The notes under the pieces were generated by a model. The model was not told where the DNA came from. It ran no database searches and worked only from the letters and a program-made list of their open reading frames with translations. From the IMG/VR virus record IMGVR_UViG_3300027985_000918, positions 310,001 to 374,000 of that record: a stretch of DNA of 64,000 nt; one strand, given 5' to 3'. Position numbers and translations under genes: made by a program. Positions 43,059 to 53,055 of this stretch are shown piece after piece (positions within the stretch are counted from its first letter, which is position 1; every line of letters begins with the position of its first letter).

Positions 43059-45056
43059 TCACCTTCCTCGGATACTTCCCCGGTTGGACCGGGAGGGTTG
43101 GCGATCCGGGCTCGATCCGCCCCCCTGCATGGCACGGATGCGAGCCTTGCGGGCCTGCTTAGCGGTCAAAGCCCTCTGGGGGAGCATCCCCGGCGGCAAG
43201 TTGTTGTTCCGGCCAGCAATGTGCTTGGGCTTGATGATGTGCTGGCTGGCACACCAGACCATGCGAACAAGTGCATCCGACATGTCGTCGTGCTTACCTT
43301 TGATGTTTGGAGCCTCCACAGTCACCAGATACTTGGTTTGGTACTCTGCCTGGAGTTCCAGCAGCTCTTCGATGTACGGGCAATGCTCAGCGGCTTCGGG
43401 GTCCCCCGTCTTTGACGGCTTGGGCCAGTCGTACAACCTCAGCCTCTTGTCCCACATGAAGTCCTTGAAGTTACGGAACATCTGGGAGCTGAGCTGCTTG
43501 GTGAAATGCTCAGACTGGAGCATCTTCAAACCCCGGTTATGGAGGGCCTGCTCAAACACGATCCCCGCCCACTGATCGAAAATCCCCTCTGCGAACATGA
43601 ACCGCTTGGAAAAGCCGGTAACCCAGTCGGCCACATCGTCGAACTCCAGCCTCTCCAAATGGGCGTACTCACCCTCCCCAGCCCGAATCTGTTCAACGAC
43701 ATCCAGCTCGATCGTACCGTCGTCCCCCAGATGCCCGATGGCAATGGCGCTGCCATCCCCCGCAAGAGCGAAGTCGAGACCAATGTAATGGGGCTGGCGA
43801 GACCGCCCCCGGAGCTTCGGGCGAAGCTCAGTGTCCACACAGGCCAGGAGGTCGTCCTCGTCCTCAATCCACCCCCGGGTGCGATCCGTGAAGTGCCCAC
43901 CGTATTCGGTGAAAAACACAACGGGGTCGGCCCGGTATGCCTGCTCCAACTCATCCCCATCCACGAAAGGGTTGACCTCCCAAGTTGGAGCCTGGATGGC
44001 GATCATGTTGGGGGCGCCACTCATAGCAAGTTGGAATTGCTTGTAGAACTCCCCCTGCCTTCCCAGAGGAGAGCTGATCCCGATCATGCGGCCTTCGACC
44101 GGACCGCCCGCAGCGGGAGAAAAAGCAGACATGGACGGTTTTACAGCGTTCCACACCTCGGTGGCCGAGGACTGGCCCGCATCCGTAAAGTGGGCCATCT
44201 CATCAAGGATAATCACAATGTTACCGGCACCCCGGAGACCTTTGGCTCGGCAGGGACGGAACGTCACACGGATGGTAGCATTGGCCTTTTCATCATCCAC
44301 ATACCGGCCATACCTCTCGATGTCCTTCGGGGTCTGGAACCTGGCATAGGACATGGTATTGTTGGCGGTATACGGGGCAAAGAAAGCACAGTCTTTGTAA
44401 TACCCTGCCACCTTGCTATAAAGGATGCCAGCCTGTTCCTTATCGGTCGCTACCGAAATTAGCTGGATGGGTTCACCTGCGGGCAGTCCATAGTATTCCT
44501 GGGGATCGCCTTTGGAAATCAGCTTATATGTCTCGTAAGCACCGATGATTGAAGCCAACTGGGTTTTGCCCGAACGACGGCCCACCGACAAGATCATGAC
44601 CCGCAGCTCCGTTCCCGGAGCCGTCCTTACACTGCATTGTCCCTTCTCAAACAGGTAATTTAGGTACTCAACCTCCGACATGAACTTCCACTTGCGGCGC
44701 TTCCAGTCAGAGACCATCACCACGTTCTCGTACAGACCCCCCCAATCATCCTGGCTCATGACGTGAGGGAACGTGTTCGCCAGACTGAGGGCCTGCCTCG
44801 GGCGACGGTTCTTGAGGGTGATCTCATCGTACTGGGGGTGACTCCGGGGAACGGGCTTGGAAAGATCCAGACCGTAGGGGTTGTCGTCCAGGGGCATCCC
44901 ATAGTGCAACTTGAGGATGATCCTCTGCACTGGGTACAGCTCCATCCCCAGACCCCATCGGGACTCAGCAAACGTGAGGATGTCTGCTACAGAGGTAGAC
45001 CCGGTGCCCTTCTGGGCGGCACCAATGTCAAGGGCTAGGCTGGCGAGATTCGGCAT
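43059..45056 (-). CDS. terL: Terminase large subunit
   Basis: LYPVQ, Walker A GRRSGKT, Walker B IILDEMAHF, ISSP, nuclease motifs IGLDFA and HDDMSDA. Confidence 0.93.
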   Translation of the reverse strand: MPNLASLALDIGAAQKGTGSTSVADILTFAESRWGLGMELYPVQRIILKLHYGMPLDDNPYGLDLSKPVPRSHPQYDEITLKNRRPRQALSLANTFPHVMSQDDWGGLYENVVMVSDWKRRKWKFMSEVEYLNYLFEKGQCSVRTAPGTELRVMILSVGRRSGKTQLASIIGAYETYKLISKGDPQEYYGLPAGEPIQLISVATDKEQAGILYSKVAGYYKDCAFFAPYTANNTMSYARFQTPKDIERYGRYVDDEKANATIRVTFRPCRAKGLRGAGNIVIILDEMAHFTDAGQSSATEVWNAVKPSMSAFSPAAGGPVEGRMIGISSPLGRQGEFYKQFQLAMSGAPNMIAIQAPTWEVNPFVDGDELEQAYRADPVVFFTEYGGHFTDRTRGWIEDEDDLLACVDTELRPKLRGRSRQPHYIGLDFALAGDGSAIAIGHLGDDGTIELDVVEQIRAGEGEYAHLERLEFDDVADWVTGFSKRFMFAEGIFDQWAGIVFEQALHNRGLKMLQSEHFTKQLSSQMFRNFKDFMWDKRLRLYDWPKPSKTGDPEAAEHCPYIEELLELQAEYQTKYLVTVEAPNIKGKHDDMSDALVRMVWCASQHIIKPKHIAGRNNNLPPGMLPQRALTAKQARKARIRAMQGGGSSPDRQPSRSNRGSIRGR

Positions 45057-45063
45057 GGAATCC

Positions 45064-45747
45064 TCACACGGCGCTTCGGATTCGAGCCTTGGCCTCGGCT
45101 TCCCATGTGGGGTCGCTCGTCAGAGCGGCGAACTTGGCGAACACCGTCTCGATCATCTCGGGGCGGGAACCCACTGCCGACATAGCCTCTTTGAAAGTGC
45201 TCATGACGTGGGAGAAATACGCCTGAACAGCGGGGCTCTCTGGGTTGAACGACCTCTCCCGATTACGGTCAATGCGCCTCTGAAGGGTGTCTGCCAGAGC
45301 CTTTAGACCCTGGACCCTTCGGGTAGAGATGTTGGCCGTCTCAGCAATCTTCCCAGACCGCTCCAGCTCTTTCCGGGCAAAGGCCAAAGAAGCCTGCTCT
45401 TCACCGAGGGCGAGGATGATGGCAGTCATCAAATCTTCCTCGGTGTCCTGACGGGCTGCCCGAAGAACGTTGTCCTCCGAGAGAGCCTGATCCTTCTTGC
45501 TGAGGATGGCGGCTACAGTATCGTTGGCCGGCTCGACCTCAATCTTCTTCTTGCGGCCAGGCCTCCCCATCATGCAAATGGGAGACCCGTCCGATTTGGT
45601 CTGGATCTCATCCGAGGTTGCCAGATCTTCGATGGCCTTGTACTTCAGCTCACCCAGTTCAGTACGGACCTGCACCCGACGGGCACCCTCGGGAGCCTTA
45701 GAAAGCACAACCTCATGGTCTTGACCCTGGTGCGTCTTCCGTGCCAT
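45064..45747 (-). CDS. Probable terminase small subunit
   Basis: Helical 227-aa protein immediately upstream of terL; GRPGRKK. Confidence 0.5.
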   Translation of the reverse strand: MARKTHQGQDHEVVLSKAPEGARRVQVRTELGELKYKAIEDLATSDEIQTKSDGSPICMMGRPGRKKKIEVEPANDTVAAILSKKDQALSEDNVLRAARQDTEEDLMTAIILALGEEQASLAFARKELERSGKIAETANISTRRVQGLKALADTLQRRIDRNRERSFNPESPAVQAYFSHVMSTFKEAMSAVGSRPEMIETVFAKFAALTSDPTWEAEAKARIRSAV

Positions 45748-46316
45748 TAGGTCAACTCCGGTGCTCCGAATGTGGGAACCCCATCGGCCATGAACCCGTT
45801 ACTGGGGGTGATCGTTCCGAAATTCACCACCGAGCTGGACCCCAGGAACTCGAAACCCACCTGCATCATTGGGTTGCCGTAGGAGATAGACACTGTAGTC
45901 GACGTACCCGAAGAGTTGTCCGCTGTGAACCCCCCTCCTAGGGCATTGATGGCAGCCACCAGGTAATTCGCTGTGACCTGTGCTGTGGGGCCCGGGAGCC
46001 AGTCCACACCCTGGCGTAGGGCATAGTCCCCCAGAACGAGCCTCCAGTCGGCGGCCGAGAAGTCGTTGTTAGCCACTACGAATGAGGCCGTAAGATCTGC
46101 ACGGAGGGTGGTATCCAGGAGGACATTCCCCTTGGGGTCATTGCCCACAAACCCAACATGGCTGCGGACAGTGTCCGTGTACCGATTGGTTGGGGGTCCT
46201 CCCACCTGTGCGGGATCCTCCCCGTGAGTGAGGGTGCCCGCTAGAGTCGTGAACCCCTTCCCCAAGACGAACCGAGGGGTGATACCAGTATTCGGCTGGT
46301 ACACGGGTTTTGCCAT
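45747..46316 (-). CDS. Virion structural protein
   Basis: TANYLVAAINA...TADNSSGTSTTVSI module shared with the 16829 and 18904 proteins. Confidence 0.65.
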   Translation of the reverse strand: MAKPVYQPNTGITPRFVLGKGFTTLAGTLTHGEDPAQVGGPPTNRYTDTVRSHVGFVGNDPKGNVLLDTTLRADLTASFVVANNDFSAADWRLVLGDYALRQGVDWLPGPTAQVTANYLVAAINALGGGFTADNSSGTSTTVSISYGNPMMQVGFEFLGSSSVVNFGTITPSNGFMADGVPTFGAPELT

Positions 46317-48298
46317 CACTTGCCCTCCCCGACATTCAACAAAATGCCATCGAACAGTAGCTCTCCCAGCTTTTCGATGTCGGGGGTGTTGTCCAGCGTA
46401 ACGTCCATGTTGGCCACCAACCCGAACTCCGAAACGATACTGGTGTGCTGATTGGTGAACAGAGAGGCGGTGGCCTCAGCATCCGAAGCGTTGGCCCCCT
46501 TGATGGCCTCTTCCTGAAGAGCCCTGAGATCGACCCCCTCCAAAGCGGCGGCCTCGATGAGCGGCTTATTGTAGACGGAGCAGTGACCACTCCCATCCAA
46601 CATGGCTTTCTTGTGGACACAGGACCCGCAGCGCCCCATCGCCAACACCCGCTTGACCTGGTTGGTCCGATGCTTGCTGGCAGCTTCCTTGCAGCCCGTG
46701 TACCCCGTCGGAGAGGCATAGGCTGCAGCGTCCACGTAGACGTGTCCCGCCAACCCCTCATGCTGGGCACGAAGCTCTCGGATATCCTGGGCAGCCTTCC
46801 GCAAAAGGTCAGTGTTCCAACGGGCCTGGATTAGCTGGTCGAGATCCTTCCCCATCCATCCCTCATTCATCGCCCTCCGAGTCCAAAGAGCCAGCCGCTC
46901 AAACTCCGCCGTCTTCGTGGTCCCGCTGCCCTCCTTCCGGCTCAGCTCAGCACCCTTTTTGACGGCCAGGCCGGCACCCTCATAGGTTCCCGTCTTTGGG
47001 GCGGAAACCCACTCGGAGGCCCTCTTGAGCATATCGTCGGTACCGAGCTTCCGCAGCTCATACACCTGGCGAGAGGTCAGATCTCCAGATGCCAGCCACT
47101 GAGAGACCTTCGCCAGAGCCTTGGCCCGACGGGCCTGGGACCCATCGTTGACCCGGATCTCCTCCATCACCTCGGGGGTAGACGCCTGAAACTGGCGTAC
47201 CGCCTCGGCCAGGGTGACAGTGTCAGCAGGTCGGACCTCGACCGGCTTGGGCCTCTCGACATGGAAAGCATAGGCGGCCGTGGGGCCCTTCTTGAACGCC
47301 CCCCGCAGAGCCTCCTGAGGACCCTTGGACAAATCCAGCTCGTAGCCCGCTGCCTTGAGGAGAGGGCCATAGTGCCGGAGAGCCTGCTCCCACGGGACAG
47401 CGGGAACGGCCTGCATCCCTAGCTTGGTCCCGATGGAGGGGTCATCGGTGATGACGTACCGGGCTCCCCGAGCCCGCCTCTTGATCTCCTGAACCCACTT
47501 GCCGTTCTTGATTCCGGGGAAAGCGTTGGCCCGGATGAACACGTTGCCGGCGAGGCCGATGTCCCTGCTCAGGTGAGCCACGACACCTCTGGTGTTGGAT
47601 GCGTCATCACCCAGAGCAGCCACCAAATCCCGCTTGATCTCGTCAAGCGGCTTACCAAAGTGAGCGTCCCGGACAGCCTTCATGGCAGCAGCCCGGACCA
47701 GGTGCTCATCGGAATCCTGCTTGGGGCCGGGAGTTGCCGGATGTGGACTGTTGTTCATCTGCTGGTGGTAGCGCTCCGCCTCCAGGTCCTTAGCCGGGAT
47801 ACGAGAAACGCCATCCGTCCTTCGGTTTACCCCCCAGGCTTCCTCCAGCTCTGCGATACCCTTGTCAACGGGGTTATCGGGGAGTCTGTTCGGGTCCTGA
47901 CCCTGAGTCGGGTCAAGCCAAAGCAGATCCATGATAGCGGCGTTCTTGTCGTGCCCTTCCTCGACAGTGAACATGGTCCCCAGGTGGAGGCCTCCCTCGT
48001 TGTCCTGCATAAGGGCGGCCTCGTCCAAAGGAGCCTCGACGGAAGCACCCATGATGGAAGCCACCATGTCCTGTGGGCGCTTGTAGCTACCCCGATGGGC
48101 ACCACTCCCCGGTGCGGGTCCTGGAGAGGCCCCAGGCAGACCAGGCCGCTCCTTAACTCCCTCACCCATCGTTTGGTCGAAATGGTATCCGTCCAAGCCG
48201 TAGTTCGAGCCCAGACTCCACTGGAAATCTTCGCTAGGCATGTTGGATTCGGCCAGGATCTCGGCCGCCCAATCGAGGGCCTTCTTCTTGTTGCTCAT
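46316..48298 (-). CDS. Large hypothetical virion protein with a Cys cluster
   Basis: 660 aa; GC...CGSC...CSVYNKPL near the C-terminus; in the late operon. Confidence 0.7.
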   Translation of the reverse strand: MSNKKKALDWAAEILAESNMPSEDFQWSLGSNYGLDGYHFDQTMGEGVKERPGLPGASPGPAPGSGAHRGSYKRPQDMVASIMGASVEAPLDEAALMQDNEGGLHLGTMFTVEEGHDKNAAIMDLLWLDPTQGQDPNRLPDNPVDKGIAELEEAWGVNRRTDGVSRIPAKDLEAERYHQQMNNSPHPATPGPKQDSDEHLVRAAAMKAVRDAHFGKPLDEIKRDLVAALGDDASNTRGVVAHLSRDIGLAGNVFIRANAFPGIKNGKWVQEIKRRARGARYVITDDPSIGTKLGMQAVPAVPWEQALRHYGPLLKAAGYELDLSKGPQEALRGAFKKGPTAAYAFHVERPKPVEVRPADTVTLAEAVRQFQASTPEVMEEIRVNDGSQARRAKALAKVSQWLASGDLTSRQVYELRKLGTDDMLKRASEWVSAPKTGTYEGAGLAVKKGAELSRKEGSGTTKTAEFERLALWTRRAMNEGWMGKDLDQLIQARWNTDLLRKAAQDIRELRAQHEGLAGHVYVDAAAYASPTGYTGCKEAASKHRTNQVKRVLAMGRCGSCVHKKAMLDGSGHCSVYNKPLIEAAALEGVDLRALQEEAIKGANASDAEATASLFTNQHTSIVSEFGLVANMDVTLDNTPDIEKLGELLFDGILLNVGEGK

Positions 48299-48978
48299 GC
48301 CGTCCTCCTTGCCGAGTACCGAGCTGCAAGGCGAGATGCCTGCACATGGATATTACCGTCGGCAGAGGCCAGTCTGGGCTTTCCGTCGGTCACCTTATCA
48401 TCGTCCCGATCCGCCTCGGACTCTTCCTGCTCCGCCCACTCCTCCGGGTCCTCCCGAATTTCCTCCACTTCGTCCATGATCTGCTTGACCTCATCCCGAT
48501 CACGGGGGTCTCCACCAGAGTCATCGACCCGAGGATTCCAATGGACGGCCTGCATCTCGTCGTACATCGAGTCGGAAACAGCGCTCAACGCCTCCAGGAC
48601 GTTCGTGTAGAGCTTACGGATGTCCTTAATTGTCAGAATATAACCCTTCCCACCAATGGACCCGTCGGGGCTGATCCGCTGACTCTTGATCTTGTTGAAA
48701 ATGGTGTAGGCACTCTGGGCATGCCCCAGTGCCATCAAAGTAGCTCTCAGGGACTTGGCCAGGGGCTCCAGGTTCTTGGGGTTGAACTCGTAATCGGGGT
48801 CAATCATCCGCTCAGATGCCCCGGCGGGATTCCACGCCCATTCCTTGGAGTCCCCCCCACGATCCTTGATGAAGCGGACTTCACCGGCCGTGCGGTCCAT
48901 GGCGGCACGTTTCATATGTGCCGAAGCCACCCGGCGGATGGCTTCGGCGTCAAGCTGTGGAGTCCTCGTCGTGGACAT
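48295..48978 (-). CDS. Hypothetical virion protein with tags at both ends
   Basis: RRVASAHMKRAA...RTA at the N-terminus; RLAARY...RRTA at the C-terminus. Confidence 0.72.
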   Translation of the reverse strand: MSTTRTPQLDAEAIRRVASAHMKRAAMDRTAGEVRFIKDRGGDSKEWAWNPAGASERMIDPDYEFNPKNLEPLAKSLRATLMALGHAQSAYTIFNKIKSQRISPDGSIGGKGYILTIKDIRKLYTNVLEALSAVSDSMYDEMQAVHWNPRVDDSGGDPRDRDEVKQIMDEVEEIREDPEEWAEQEESEADRDDDKVTDGKPRLASADGNIHVQASRLAARYSARRTA

Positions 48979-48996
48979 ACTGTGGAACCTCCAACC

Positions 48997-49026
48997 CTAC
49001 TGAGCGAAACCTATAAACCAAATACC
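48997..49026 (-). promoter_or_regulatory. Putative class-I (late) promoter
   Basis: GGT-ATTTGGTT-TAT-N12-GTAG. Confidence 0.65.
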
Positions 49027-49034
49027 CGCCGGAA

Positions 49035-49454
49035 TCAGTGGGGCATCTGCTTGAACGGAATACGACTACGCAGGCTAAACCCCTCCATCGCCTGATCTAC
49101 TTCATCCGACCCGATAGACCGGGTGTTCACCCCGACACGAAAACCGTAGTTAGCCACCATGACTCTCGGATTCGACTTCGGGCAGAAAAACGTCGTCCCC
49201 AGGCCAGTCCCGCCCGCCCAGGCGTCTCCCGACTCCAGATCCTTCTGAAGCTCCATAAACAGGCCGAAGAGTTTCTTGTCCCATGTCTGGATGGGTTGGA
49301 TCAGATGGTTGGCAGTGCCGTAGCCGGAGAAGCTCGTCCACAGCCAGTAGTCCCCCCCACCGGATTGGTGGAGGTACACCTTAGGGGCTTCTCCTTCTGC
49401 TGCCTGCTTACGAGTATGGGCCTCTGCGACCCTTTTGATTGCTGCACGGTTCAT
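49035..49454 (-). CDS. Hypothetical protein with N-terminal tag
   Basis: MNRAAIKRVAEAHTRKQA leader. Confidence 0.7.
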   Translation of the reverse strand: MNRAAIKRVAEAHTRKQAAEGEAPKVYLHQSGGGDYWLWTSFSGYGTANHLIQPIQTWDKKLFGLFMELQKDLESGDAWAGGTGLGTTFFCPKSNPRVMVANYGFRVGVNTRSIGSDEVDQAMEGFSLRSRIPFKQMPH

Positions 49455-49457
49455 CGC

Positions 49458-50051
49458 TCAGATCTCCTTCAGGGGATTCCCGTCATAGTCGAAAAGGCGC
49501 TCGATGACAAAGCCGGCCGAGTCCTGACGAAAAGACCAGAGGTCCTTAGTCGCCATGTGGACCAGCTCATCATCGGCATTGACAGCGCCGGCCTGAGCGA
49601 AAAATCCCGCCAGGCTGTTCAAATCGGCCGTTCGGATAACCACGTTGTAGGCCATCCTGCGGTTCGACTTTGCCGGTGCCAGGTGGGAAGCCAAGATGGG
49701 ACGGAAAACCCCATCGTCCCACTTGACGAAAACCATCCCATCCTCAGAGGCCGTGACCTTGCCCTCAGCCGCCTTGACCTTGATCACCGTCCCTTCAATG
49801 CCGGGATCGGGAAGGGAGTCGTAGGTCAGCACAGATCCCGTATTGTACTTGAACGACACTCGGGTCCCTGCCTCGACGGGCAGCCCGATTCCGCCAGCCT
49901 GACGACCCCGGTCGGTCAGGCCGACCATGACAGACATCTCGGGGCCCTCCATGTTCTTCGCCTGAAGCAGACGGTCGATGGCCGAGGGAACACTCGGGTT
50001 GGCGTTCAGGTGGCCATTAGCATCGGCCCATTTGTCCCAGAAATCACTCAT
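49458..50051 (-). CDS. Hypothetical virion protein (SH3-like)
   Basis: GTRV...GTVIKV...VFVKWDDG; C-terminal LVHMATKDLW...IERLFD. Confidence 0.7.
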   Translation of the reverse strand: MSDFWDKWADANGHLNANPSVPSAIDRLLQAKNMEGPEMSVMVGLTDRGRQAGGIGLPVEAGTRVSFKYNTGSVLTYDSLPDPGIEGTVIKVKAAEGKVTASEDGMVFVKWDDGVFRPILASHLAPAKSNRRMAYNVVIRTADLNSLAGFFAQAGAVNADDELVHMATKDLWSFRQDSAGFVIERLFDYDGNPLKEI

Positions 50052-50054
50052 GAT

Positions 50055-50456
50055 TCACCACCTGCTCTGCTTCACAGAGTCGAGCCAATACACCATATCC
50101 TTCTCCAGGTTGGCGCTCGGCCCAAACTCCTTGTCCTGGTTGTACAGAGAAACCTTGAACTTCCTCGGGGTGCCCTTCACAGTGATCGTGAAAGGCTCCT
50201 TGGTGTCGTGGATCGTGATGATGAGCTGGTAGGGGCCCCGCTTGACAGTATTCTTGCTGAAGCTCCACCACTCCGTGATGACCTTCTCCACGTCCACCCA
50301 CCAGTCTCGAACCACCGCCTGCATCCGGGTCTCGAACGGGGTCGTGTTGACCCCAGCGAAATTCGTCCCCCGGGCCTCACGCAGGAAGGGGACCAGAAGG
50401 GAGCGAGTCTCCGGACGCTCCGCAGCCAGCTTCTTCAGATCGTTGTACAAACTCAT
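50055..50456 (-). CDS. Hypothetical protein with N-terminal KLA-P tag
   Basis: MSLYNDLKKLAAERPETRSLLVPFLREA; ATGA coupling. Confidence 0.7.
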   Translation of the reverse strand: MSLYNDLKKLAAERPETRSLLVPFLREARGTNFAGVNTTPFETRMQAVVRDWWVDVEKVITEWWSFSKNTVKRGPYQLIITIHDTKEPFTITVKGTPRKFKVSLYNQDKEFGPSANLEKDMVYWLDSVKQSRW

Positions 50457-51709
50457 CGTCGGATCCTCCACCTCACGTTCAAAGTCTGAGCGGTGTTGAA
50501 CTCGATGTCGAAACCGCTGGCGCCCTTGTTCGTGACCCAGGGGGGCTCATCATTAGCTGGGTGGGAATCCAGCTCCAAGGCCACGTCATAGCTGTCGTCC
50601 GGCTGGGGGATGCCGAATGTTACCGTCTCGGTAGCAGAGGCGGCGAACCCCTGAGTCCCACCCAGAGAGCCGTTGAACTCGGCGTTCAGGTTCCCCGCCA
50701 GCAGCGAAGAGTAGGTGCTGTTGAGCAGAGCCAATGTGGAAGTCTCCAGCAGGGAGACCACCCCCAGTACCGAGTTGGTAGCCTGCCCAGACTGGTCCCC
50801 GCTGAGCTGGAGCCGCTTGGCAGAACCCATACTCATGCCCAGAAGCAGTAGGCTCCCACCCCCATCCAGGTCCACCGAGACCGCCGGGGACAATCCCGTC
50901 TCCGAAGCCACCTGGTGACTGTTCTCGATGATGTACGCCTCATGGGCCTGAGAGGGGAGATCCTGGGCGGTATCCCACCGGAGAGACACGGCGGCCTCGC
51001 AGACCGCAGAGCGCAAACACAGCCGGGCCGCTTCTTCCCCAACCACCAGGGAGCCAAGGCCCCCTCCGAATCGGCAGAGGTCCGTCTCGACGAAGTTGCA
51101 TGCCGTAACCCACAGGGGGCGTCCGCCCCCCAGAGAATCGTCCCAGAGGGTGCAGCTCTTGATGTAGATCCCCACCTCCCCCACCGTCGAGGCAGCCCCG
51201 CCGACGATGCGGAGAGCGGCCTTGTTGTCGTGGGCGTTGTGGATCTCGAACCCCTCAATGAGACAAAACTCCGGGGTGGTCCCAAGCTGGGAGGACAGGA
51301 TGACCGTATGGTCATTCCCCGGGGCATTCGGGGTGGCGTTCAGAGGGTCCTTGAGGGTGGGTCGTCCGAGACCCACCAGACTCACCCCGTTCCGCACAAT
51401 GTTGATCGTCTCTTCGTACACCCCAGGCATCACCAGGATGATGTACGGGTTGGTCGGGCTGGCGAGACTTGGGACTGCGTCGATAGCCGACTGGATAGTC
51501 GTGTACGCAGCCCCCGTCCCCGACTTACCAACAACCAGCACATTTCCGATAGACCGAAGACCAGCGAGCTGATTCAGCAAAATGCCCCCCGTCACGACAG
51601 CGTCGGTGAACTTGAGGGCACCCGTGACAGCGTCCCGCTCGATGAGCAGGGTGTCGCCGGAGCCGGGCTCCACCTGTAGGGAATCTGCCTTGAAGGGAGG
51701 CTGTGCCAT
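50453..51709 (-). CDS. Pectin-lyase-fold (beta-helix) tailspike-like protein
   Basis: YTTIQSAIDA...ILVMPGVYEETI cap; C-terminal VTFGIPQPDDSYDV lectin-like module. Confidence 0.7.
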   Translation of the reverse strand: MAQPPFKADSLQVEPGSGDTLLIERDAVTGALKFTDAVVTGGILLNQLAGLRSIGNVLVVGKSGTGAAYTTIQSAIDAVPSLASPTNPYIILVMPGVYEETINIVRNGVSLVGLGRPTLKDPLNATPNAPGNDHTVILSSQLGTTPEFCLIEGFEIHNAHDNKAALRIVGGAASTVGEVGIYIKSCTLWDDSLGGGRPLWVTACNFVETDLCRFGGGLGSLVVGEEAARLCLRSAVCEAAVSLRWDTAQDLPSQAHEAYIIENSHQVASETGLSPAVSVDLDGGGSLLLLGMSMGSAKRLQLSGDQSGQATNSVLGVVSLLETSTLALLNSTYSSLLAGNLNAEFNGSLGGTQGFAASATETVTFGIPQPDDSYDVALELDSHPANDEPPWVTNKGASGFDIEFNTAQTLNVRWRIRR

Positions 51710-51717
51710 CGTCTACC

Positions 51718-52356
51718 TCACTCCCCATCCCGCAGGAGTGGGGCCAGGTGCTGCCGGAGTTCGGGAACCTCGGCTGCGAGCTTCTTTAGGTCGGCCTCCA
51801 AAGAAGCTCGGTGCCCGCTCCGATGTGCCGCATTGACGATGTCGTCAATCTGGTCCACCACCTGCTGGGCACGGTCAGCCAGGGCCACCGCCACGGGGCG
51901 GATCTTCTTTTCAAGCAGGGTAGGGGCCTCGATGTAGTGGCTCCCGAACCTCTCCAGACCCTTGAGCTGGCTCTGAACACTCTTGATGGCGTCCACTACG
52001 GACTTCACGTCAATGAACTGGGAGAAGCTCTTGTCGTTCTGGATCAGCTCGTATGCCTGGACGTAGGGGTCATCCCCAATATTTGCCGCCTTGTCCCTCA
52101 TTGCGAATCTCCGCTCGTTCAGCTTAACCTTGGCCCAAACCGCACCTGCGTGTCGGATGAACTTCTCTGCCGTGGATTTGTCCGGAAACCTCAGAGGGTC
52201 CCTCTGATTGTTGGTCGGAGACAACCAGGCCCCTTGGGCATCCCGGATGTACCAGCTCCGGGGGGTACTGATACCAACGGGAACCGCCTCGTAAGGTCCC
52301 GGGAAAGTGTACTTTTTGATCAGGTCGTAAACCCGCTGGATCTCAGGAGTAGCCAT
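51718..52356 (-). CDS. Hypothetical protein with C-terminal KLA-P tag
   Basis: Start MATPEI; ends RASLEADLKKLAAEVPELRQHLAPLLR. Confidence 0.7.
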   Translation of the reverse strand: MATPEIQRVYDLIKKYTFPGPYEAVPVGISTPRSWYIRDAQGAWLSPTNNQRDPLRFPDKSTAEKFIRHAGAVWAKVKLNERRFAMRDKAANIGDDPYVQAYELIQNDKSFSQFIDVKSVVDAIKSVQSQLKGLERFGSHYIEAPTLLEKKIRPVAVALADRAQQVVDQIDDIVNAAHRSGHRASLEADLKKLAAEVPELRQHLAPLLRDGE

Positions 52357-52357
52357 A

Positions 52358-53041
52358 TCACACCACCACGTCGTAGCCAACATCAACGGTTTCGGCTGGC
52401 TGCAGCTCGATGCCGAGGGCAACCGTGAACCCGGTCTTGGTCTTACTGGTGACCCTAACGGGAAAAAACCCTGAAGGCTCCAGAAGAACCCGGTAAGTCG
52501 CCGTCGGGAGAGCCGACGTGAATGTCACCGTTTTTGAGCTATTGTCCGCCTGAGCGAACGTCAGAGTTCCCCCCAGAGCGCTCGCTGCAGATGTCGAGAC
52601 CAGAATCGCCCAGTCCACATCCTTCTCATCCCCGACAGCCCCGTAAGTTGAAGGGGCCACCAAGAGGAAGGACGTGATGGTCTTGTTCTCGACCCGCATG
52701 GGGGTTCCGTCGGGGGTTGTTACCTGAACCCGGTAATCGGTGTTGTTCAGAAGCCCGGGGGCCACCGCTACCGTGCGGGAGGCCTGCCCGTTGAACGTCT
52801 CAGTGCCGCTGGTCACGGACGACTCGGTGGTCAGGAGCTGGGCCAGATCCACCGAGTCGTACATGTCCTGGAGGACCTCTTCGGGCACCCCCGTCATCGA
52901 GTCTGTAATCAGCCCCCGAGGCCCACGAATATTGCGAACCGACGATGCGGACTGCTCATTGATGACGATGTCCCACACGTACTCCTGTCCCCCTCGGGAG
53001 GACTTGTATGTGAGGACTGTCTGGACTCGGGAGAGGGCCAC
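52358..53041 (-). CDS. Virion fibre or lectin-like protein
   Basis: Two xxYRV...KTxTxF beta modules; GGAGG RBS. Confidence 0.6.
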   Translation of the reverse strand: MALSRVQTVLTYKSSRGGQEYVWDIVINEQSASSVRNIRGPRGLITDSMTGVPEEVLQDMYDSVDLAQLLTTESSVTSGTETFNGQASRTVAVAPGLLNNTDYRVQVTTPDGTPMRVENKTITSFLLVAPSTYGAVGDEKDVDWAILVSTSAASALGGTLTFAQADNSSKTVTFTSALPTATYRVLLEPSGFFPVRVTSKTKTGFTVALGIELQPAETVDVGYDVVV

Positions 53042-53055
53042 AGATCACCTCCGGC